The translations under genes and the position numbers were made by a program. A stretch of DNA of 64,000 bases from Bacteroidia bacterium (GTDB lineage: Bacteria; Bacteroidota; Bacteroidia; NS11-12g; UBA9320). Where the stretch lies: assembly GCA_965216465.1 (NCBI GenBank), contig CBDCFW010000002.1:48747-112746 (forward strand). The letters are read 5' to 3'. This document shows positions 57,896 to 64,000 of the stretch, piece by piece (positions within the stretch are counted from its first letter, which is position 1; each line of letters begins with the position of its first letter). The notes beneath the pieces were generated by a model that was given only the letters and a program-made list of their open reading frames with translations, was not told the DNA's origin and made no database searches.

Positions 57896-59125
57896 TTGAT
57901 GATCAGACTAATTGCTTTTTGTGTTGGGGTTGTATTCTCCCTGGTTGGAGCTGGGCAGATTTGGTCAGCAATGGATTCTTTGCCCGGACCTGCAAGACAC
58001 CATCCCGTTACTTTTAGTCTGGGAAAATTTGGCTATGTGCTCACCGGTTCTACGACTACAGGCGTTACAAATGATTTTTATAGATACGATTCTGATTCAA
58101 ATTCTTGGACACGGTTAGAAGACTTCCCTGGCGAGGGGCGTAGTTATTCCTATGGAGTTACGTCAGATAGTGTTGCATATCTTGGCTTTGGAAGTGGAAC
58201 AACTTTCTTAAACGACTTATGGAGGTTCGACCCATCTACATCAAAGTGGTCACAACTCAAAAGCTGCGATTGTACGCCTCGAATGCATCCAGCCTTGGTC
58301 TATCTAAACGGGAAGATATATGTTGGACTAGGTGCAGGTCCTACGGGTAGCTTTCCACCTTATTCTGATCTAAATGATTGGTGGGAATACGACATTAAAT
58401 CCAACAAATGGTCAAGAAAAGCCGATTTTATTGGTGAAAAAAGACATCACCCATACTACTTTACTATAAAAAACAAGGTTTACGTAGGGTTTGGACACGG
58501 AGAAATCGTTTACAACGATATTTATTCGTATGACCCTCTGGCCGACAAGTGGGAGCGATTGAATTATTTTGACGCGGGGTCTCGAGTTGCTGGAACACAG
58601 TTTTCTTTTAATGGAAAAGGTTATGTTTTAAGTGGCCAGAACGGTCACCATCGCCATATGGAATTCGGTGAATTTTGGGAGTATTCTCCAGAAGACGATT
58701 CGTGGAAGGAGTTGACGCCACATCCTGGTAAGAGTAGATGGGCCCCAGGCAGCTTTGTGATTGACAGTACCCTTTATTTGATAGGAGGAGGGCTTGAAGA
58801 TTTTCAACATAATGTTACTTATCTAAATGATGTTTGGAAATATGATTTGAGGGAACTGACAAAGGCCGATTCCTTTTCAAATAGTGCAGAACTGTATGTT
58901 GAAGTTGATGTTGAGTCTAAACGGATTAGAGTAATAGGTAACAATAAAAAGGAGGTGCTCTTCTCTTCAATTGAGTTATTTGACATGCAGGGAGCAAGTG
59001 TTCTGAAATACCGCAATTTAGGTTCAAATTCATGGATACCAATTCAACCACTTGCAAGCGGCATTTATATACTGCGTGTACAGCATGAAGGGCAATTCAA
59101 AGTCTTTAAATTGCTTACCTACTAG
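57896..59125 (+). CDS. Kelch-repeat beta-propeller protein with T9SS CTD-like tail
   Basis: Six Kelch repeats (GYVLTG...NDFYRYD...W); tail LFDMQG...LASGIYILRV...FKLL. Confidence 0.85.
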   Translation: MMIRLIAFCVGVVFSLVGAGQIWSAMDSLPGPARHHPVTFSLGKFGYVLTGSTTTGVTNDFYRYDSDSNSWTRLEDFPGEGRSYSYGVTSDSVAYLGFGSGTTFLNDLWRFDPSTSKWSQLKSCDCTPRMHPALVYLNGKIYVGLGAGPTGSFPPYSDLNDWWEYDIKSNKWSRKADFIGEKRHHPYYFTIKNKVYVGFGHGEIVYNDIYSYDPLADKWERLNYFDAGSRVAGTQFSFNGKGYVLSGQNGHHRHMEFGEFWEYSPEDDSWKELTPHPGKSRWAPGSFVIDSTLYLIGGGLEDFQHNVTYLNDVWKYDLRELTKADSFSNSAELYVEVDVESKRIRVIGNNKKEVLFSSIELFDMQGASVLKYRNLGSNSWIPIQPLASGIYILRVQHEGQFKVFKLLTY

Positions 59126-59201
59126 TAGATATTTACGTTTAGTTCTTTTGCACAAGCTTTGTCTTAGGGTAAACTTTTTTAGTTTTTGAAATACTTTTAC
59201 A

Positions 59202-59230
59202 TGCAGCGTTTTAATTCTTTGAGACTCTAT
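59202..59230 (+). promoter_or_regulatory. Candidate autoregulatory ECF promoter
   Basis: TGCAGC-N17-CTCTAT immediately upstream of the ECF sigma gene. Confidence 0.4.
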
Positions 59231-59244
59231 AAGAAAAAAGCACC

Positions 59245-59856
59245 TTGACCATTAAAGCAATTGCATTAGACCAGAAGTTTATCTACCCAATGATCTATGA
59301 AGATTCATTGAAGATTGATGAAGCACTTTTGATTGAAGAATGCAAGAAGCAAAAACGTCAAGCACAAGCAGTTCTGTATGAAAAGTATTATGCTAAATTG
59401 GTAGGAGTCAGTCAACGCTATATGTCTGATCTTTCTTCAGCACAAGATGTGACTCAAGATTGCTTCATTAAGATTTTTAAGGCCATTAAAAAGTTTAGAG
59501 GAGACTCTGCAATCTATAGCTGGATGTCACGGATTGTGGTACATGAATCAATTAGAAGACTAAAAAAGAGTAAGATTTTAACCTTCGACAGCATTCCCGA
59601 AGCTTGGGTGGAGACTGAAGAGATTCAAGAACATGAAGTAGACTCCCTTCAAGTAGATGTACTTTTTCAATTAATCATGGAATTGCCTGTTGGCTATCGG
59701 TCAGTGCTTAGTATGTACTCGATTGAAGGGTTCTCGCATAAGGAAATAGCCAAAGAACTGGGAATATCCGAAAGCAGTTCGCGGTCTCAGTTAGCTAGAG
59801 CAAGATCCCTTCTCAGAAAGAAATTAAAGAATATTAAACATGGAAAGAACAGCTAA
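59245..59856 (+). CDS. ECF-type RNA polymerase sigma factor
   Basis: AQDVTQDCFIKIF...WMSRIVV; GFSHKEIAKELGISESSSRSQLARAR; start uncertain (TTG 59245 or ATG 59290). Confidence 0.92.
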   Translation: MTIKAIALDQKFIYPMIYEDSLKIDEALLIEECKKQKRQAQAVLYEKYYAKLVGVSQRYMSDLSSAQDVTQDCFIKIFKAIKKFRGDSAIYSWMSRIVVHESIRRLKKSKILTFDSIPEAWVETEEIQEHEVDSLQVDVLFQLIMELPVGYRSVLSMYSIEGFSHKEIAKELGISESSSRSQLARARSLLRKKLKNIKHGKNS

Positions 59857-61018
59857 AATGAACATACTCCAGTCAAAACTCATGGATTATGCTCCTGATG
59901 TTACCGTTGATTTTGCTCAGTTCGAAGCACGGCAAAAACAAGGCAAGAAGAGACTCGTGCTTTTTGTGTTAATCTTAGGAGTTGCTTTGCTTTCTGCTAC
60001 TGTTGTAATGAAATTGACTATGAACTCTAAATCTTACAATATCAAACATGCAGGAGACTTAAATTTAGGCCCGTCAATAGTTTCTCCTTCAGCGGAGGAG
60101 GAACAAGATCAAGAAGCACAGGAGCAATCCATAGATTATGAATTAGTAAAGGAAGCAAGCATTGAAGTGGTGCCAATGGTATTGGAAGTGCATGAGTCAC
60201 AACAACGAGAAGTAACCACTTTCGAAAACTCTTTATTGTCCAGACCGTTTAAAGGCTTCCCAATTGAGGTATCAAGAATATATAACATGCCGTTTAAAGG
60301 TTGTCAATCTGCTCAGGAAGAGTCTAAAAACAGATGGTCAATCGATTTTCAAGTAGGCTCAATGATTTCAGAACAAAGCGTCAACCTAAACACGGGTGCA
60401 GATCGATATATTCACGATGCGTTTCCAGATGTCTGGAATTCAACCGTGAATGTCGCTTGGTCATGGAATGTTCAGTCGAGGTTGCATTATGATTTGACTC
60501 GAAACATTTCCATGCATACAGGTCTAGGTCTTGGAGAATCTGCTGTAAATGGCCGATATAAATTTACGCTAGATAGTGTGCCTGTTTATGATCTAGATAA
60601 AACCATAGCAGGTTATGTCACGGTAAACGATAGTGCCCGAAGAAACATTGATTTAGGCTCAGCTTCACAACGTTTTAACCAACTTAGAATTCCTCTAGGA
60701 ATGAGTTACAACAGTCAATTTAAGGGCTACACGTTGCGACTGCATGCTGGGGTTGAATGGACTTGGGCGTTCAATTCTCAAGGAAACACGCTAAATGCAT
60801 ACAACCTGCTGGAGGCCAATGATATTAAGACTGTCTTAAACCCCACAGGATTAAATTATTACGGCGGACTAGAAGTCACCAAGCCCTTATTTAATGGAGC
60901 CGATATCGGTCTATCCTTTAACCAAAAAACAAGGGTCAATTCGTTGCACACTGCCGAACATTATAATGCATCAACCAAGATGTATACCGTTTCACTTCTA
61001 TACCGATACAAGCTATGA
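59840..61018 (+). CDS. Putative anti-sigma factor with TM helix, linker and C-terminal beta-barrel
   Basis: Short N-terminal domain, one TM, acidic linker, barrel strands (LRIPLGMSY; C-terminal VSLLYRYKL); overlaps the sigma gene. Confidence 0.7.
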   Translation: MERTAKMNILQSKLMDYAPDVTVDFAQFEARQKQGKKRLVLFVLILGVALLSATVVMKLTMNSKSYNIKHAGDLNLGPSIVSPSAEEEQDQEAQEQSIDYELVKEASIEVVPMVLEVHESQQREVTTFENSLLSRPFKGFPIEVSRIYNMPFKGCQSAQEESKNRWSIDFQVGSMISEQSVNLNTGADRYIHDAFPDVWNSTVNVAWSWNVQSRLHYDLTRNISMHTGLGLGESAVNGRYKFTLDSVPVYDLDKTIAGYVTVNDSARRNIDLGSASQRFNQLRIPLGMSYNSQFKGYTLRLHAGVEWTWAFNSQGNTLNAYNLLEANDIKTVLNPTGLNYYGGLEVTKPLFNGADIGLSFNQKTRVNSLHTAEHYNASTKMYTVSLLYRYKL

Positions 61019-63351
61019 AAAAGATTTTACTATTGATTTTGCTGACATCAATCGGCCAATGGAGTTTTGGACAGGTGACTTTATTTGACATGCCTGCTTT
61101 TCACCAAGGGAAGAATCGGGTTTTTGATGGAGGTTATGCTAACGCACCCTTTTTTGAATTGAATGACACTATTTACTGCATTACAAAACTTACTGGCAAA
61201 CCGGCTCCCAAACCATTCCATATTTACAGAGTTGATGGCAATCAACTGGTCAATGTTGATAGCTTCTCAGCAAATAGTGGTGGATCGTCACCAGGTCCAG
61301 GATATGGAGAGCATCCTTACGTTCAAGTAATTGGTGATACAGCTTATTTTTCAACGGTGTCAGACTTTTTCAAGTGGAGTGATACGCTAATTGAAGACAC
61401 TACAATTCGTTATAGAGGAACCAATCCCAATGGCGTGAGAGTCAATTTTTTAACGAAAAGTGTGGATGGAAAACTCATGGCAATGTACGACGACCACTAC
61501 GCAGCACTCTACCACGCCGGTTCTTGGACCTATGATACCATTCGAACTCCTGAAATTTGGGAATTTAAACGCCTAGAATACGATGGGGATACCATGTATG
61601 CTATGGGACGCATGAACATTATGAAGAGGTATGACACAACCAAAGTGTTCAGTTTTACTCCACACTACAGGAGAGAGTCCTCAGGATTTGTTACTAATCC
61701 GCACGCAATGCTACCTTATAATGGAGGGGTGTTTTTTCATCAGCGTGAGTTTTATGTAGGCTTTTATGACGGTGACTCTGGGGATATATTTTCGAACACC
61801 ATCTACTTTGATCGCTCTGAAACCAATCGGTTTTGGCATGTTCACGATTTAGTCTTGCATCAAAATAAACTATGGGCCGCAGCGAAGAAAACTGAGGATC
61901 AGGAAGAATATGAACTCTATGTTCTTGAAGATAGCATGTGGTACAACGTGAATAATATTCGTGCTCAACACTTTTATACCGTAGGAAACCAAGTCTTTTT
62001 TGATGGGGAGATTCCTGGGATGTTGGATTCAATTGCTTTAGTTCAAGGCAATGTGTACTACGATAAAAATGGAAATTGCACCTTAGACACACTCGATGAA
62101 ATTATTGATGCTGTTGTTCACGTTGATCAGCTAAACAAACCAATTCGGGCCATAAAAGGAAAGTATACATTCATTGGTATACCAGGTGAGACATACATAG
62201 TTCAACCCGATACACATTATCTAGCTTCAGGCTTTGTTTGTCGGGCTGGAATTGATACCATTTATGTAGCTCAAGGTGATACCTCATATAAGTCAGATTT
62301 TATTTTGGAAAAAGACACTACTCTTCCTGATTTGAGTGTATCGCTTTCCTCGTTTCCGCTCATACGAGGTCGAACAAGACAGGTTAATGCTTTAATCACC
62401 AATCACGGAGAAACGAGTTTCGACTCAGTAACACTCAAGGTATATCTTGATGGTGGATTGAGCATTGTAAGTTCTTCGTATGCCTATACCGCAAATGAAG
62501 ATACAGTATGTTTTGAGCTAGGAACTATTTCAGCTGGAGTGAAGCACAATGTTGATTTTAAGATGCATGTCGATACCAGTTGGCATGTTGGAGACACTTT
62601 GTGTATTTCAGCAGAACATTTGAGCGTTGACAGTTTTGATTACAATGATGTCGACACCCTTTGCAAGATAGTCTTGGGGCCTCATGACCCAAATTTTAAA
62701 GAGTCGTTCCCTTCTGAAAAAGTGCTTGAGCCTATAGAAAAGATTGATTATACAATTCACTTTCAAAACTTGGGAACATCTGATGCAGTAAACGTTACCA
62801 TCGTAGATTCATTAGATCTTAGAATGCCGGTTGCGTATATTAGAGTTACGGGAACAAGTCATCCTGAATCGTATAATTTACGAGTGAGGGATAATGTTCT
62901 GTACTGGGATTTTATAGGAATAGATCTTCCTCCAAAAGAAGAAGATGAAGCCAAGTCAATGGGGTATGTTGCTTATGAAGCAGTGGTAAAAGAGGGCTTC
63001 AGTAACCCTGGAGACCGATTAACAAACAAGGCTTACATTTACTTTGATTTTGAAGATGCAATCATCACAAATACAGCTATAGTAGAACTGGATGAGCATG
63101 TTTTTGGAGGCTGGCCTTTACCCGACTCGATCGAAAACGAAATGGTTTGCTATCCAAATCCGTTTTTGGAAAGTTTCTGTGTTACGGGGATAAAGCCTGA
63201 CACAGAATACACCTTATACAACAGCTTCGGCCAAGCGGTTAAAAGAGGAGTTGCTAGTCAAGGTCAGCAAATTCAAGTTAGTCAAGAACTGGCTCCTGGA
63301 CTGTATATTCTTTCTGTAAATGGAGTGAGCTTTAAGCTGATTAAAATGTAA
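61015..63351 (+). CDS. T9SS-secreted protein with propeller-like N-terminus, DUF11/DUF7619-like Ig domains and CTD
   Basis: GNVYYDKNGNC, GPHDPNFK, YTIHFQNLGT, NKAYIYFDFEDAIITN, CYPNPF...GLYIL. Confidence 0.85.
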   Translation: MKKILLLILLTSIGQWSFGQVTLFDMPAFHQGKNRVFDGGYANAPFFELNDTIYCITKLTGKPAPKPFHIYRVDGNQLVNVDSFSANSGGSSPGPGYGEHPYVQVIGDTAYFSTVSDFFKWSDTLIEDTTIRYRGTNPNGVRVNFLTKSVDGKLMAMYDDHYAALYHAGSWTYDTIRTPEIWEFKRLEYDGDTMYAMGRMNIMKRYDTTKVFSFTPHYRRESSGFVTNPHAMLPYNGGVFFHQREFYVGFYDGDSGDIFSNTIYFDRSETNRFWHVHDLVLHQNKLWAAAKKTEDQEEYELYVLEDSMWYNVNNIRAQHFYTVGNQVFFDGEIPGMLDSIALVQGNVYYDKNGNCTLDTLDEIIDAVVHVDQLNKPIRAIKGKYTFIGIPGETYIVQPDTHYLASGFVCRAGIDTIYVAQGDTSYKSDFILEKDTTLPDLSVSLSSFPLIRGRTRQVNALITNHGETSFDSVTLKVYLDGGLSIVSSSYAYTANEDTVCFELGTISAGVKHNVDFKMHVDTSWHVGDTLCISAEHLSVDSFDYNDVDTLCKIVLGPHDPNFKESFPSEKVLEPIEKIDYTIHFQNLGTSDAVNVTIVDSLDLRMPVAYIRVTGTSHPESYNLRVRDNVLYWDFIGIDLPPKEEDEAKSMGYVAYEAVVKEGFSNPGDRLTNKAYIYFDFEDAIITNTAIVELDEHVFGGWPLPDSIENEMVCYPNPFLESFCVTGIKPDTEYTLYNSFGQAVKRGVASQGQQIQVSQELAPGLYILSVNGVSFKLIKM

Positions 63352-63398
63352 ACTAAAACCGTACATTTTTGATTTGTTAGGAGTTTTATATTTGTTGA

Positions 63399-63668
63399 AT
63401 GACTACGGAGAATAAAACAAAACTTAAAAAACCTATTCGTCTCTTCATTGGAATCCTCGTATTTGCACTCGGCTTTCTGGTTCCTATTATTAAAATCTCG
63501 ATAATGGAAAATGGTGTGTACAGAGAAGGGGGGCTAGAAGAAATTCTTCCAGATAGTCTAGGTTGGCTCAAATATGCAGCTTTTATCGCACTGGTTATAA
63601 CTGGATTTGCCCTAATGGTAACCTCGTACCAGAAAGCGGATCAGGAAGGTAATAACTTTAGGAATTGA
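63399..63668 (+). CDS. Small two-TM membrane protein
   Basis: 89 aa with two hydrophobic helices; TATATTTG 4 nt upstream of the ATG. Confidence 0.65.
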   Translation: MTTENKTKLKKPIRLFIGILVFALGFLVPIIKISIMENGVYREGGLEEILPDSLGWLKYAAFIALVITGFALMVTSYQKADQEGNNFRN

Positions 63669-63680
63669 GCCTAAATACGT

Positions 63681-64000
63681 TTAGCGAATTCTTCGCACCG
63701 ACTGCTCAAGATCCTCTTCGCCACTAACATACAACGCAAATGTGTTGTACTTGGTAGAAACAATATATTGTGTGACTATTTTATCTTGAAAGTCACTTGA
63801 AATGTGATATTTTACCTTAATGATTTGCTTGCTTGTTGTTCTTGTAAAATGGCTTTCAAGAAGCTCAAAATCGAGGCCCATGCTACCCCATGTTTTTTCA
63901 AGATGTGCTTGCTGCTCACTTATGATGTAAGTTGCCAAATCTTTGGTCAAATAAGTGTGCTGACCTTTGGAAAAACTTACATAACTGTTGAGGTCTGAAG
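63681..64000 (-). CDS. Hypothetical protein, 5'-truncated at the window edge
   Basis: The frame of ORF 63681-63950 stays open to the window end (SDLNSYVSFSKGQHTYLTKD...). Confidence 0.6.
   Translation of the reverse strand, partial: SDLNSYVSFSKGQHTYLTKDLATYIISEQQAHLEKTWGSMGLDFELLESHFTRTTSKQIIKVKYHISSDFQDKIVTQYIVSTKYNTFALYVSGEEDLEQSVRRIR

Noticed and set aside
3306-63998. Many 60-150 aa ORFs nested in or antisense to long genes (e.g. 3306-3560, 7682-8088, 20631-21086, 34646-34984, 61694-62092, 63804-63998)
   Set aside because: No motifs, and they lie wholly or mostly within well-supported CDSs; typical shadow ORFs

Overview
Chromosomal segment of an AT-rich Bacteroidota bacterium, probably marine or aquatic. 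The evidence is TAnnTTTG -7 promoter elements, many T9SS C-terminal sorting domains and lipoprotein signals. Left part (1-22 kb): housekeeping and envelope genes (oxyR, sucB, menD, gcvT, YqeY, a BatA / degenerate dihydroorotase / DUF4199 / GT2 / GT4 operon) plus a secreted WD40-caspase, lipoprotein and CFI-box operon. Middle (33-50 kb): a complete beta-1,3-glucan (laminarin) utilisation locus with an NrtR-type regulator, GH16, GH149, two GH17, GH30, an MFS transporter and CBM-like binding proteins. It has no susC/susD pair; its lead gene is instead a clan GH-A hydrolase fused to a predicted outer-membrane beta-barrel. Two ECF sigma / beta-barrel anti-sigma / exported-protein modules lie at 27.7-31.3 kb and 59.2-63.4 kb. 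An accessory region (50-59 kb) holds exported repeat proteins, a T9SS gene split by one in-frame TAG, a duplicated T9SS CTD cassette and a TIGR03032 / FG-GAP gene pair. I saw no rRNA, tRNA, CRISPR array or transposase. All family assignments come from motif recognition by eye, not from database searches.
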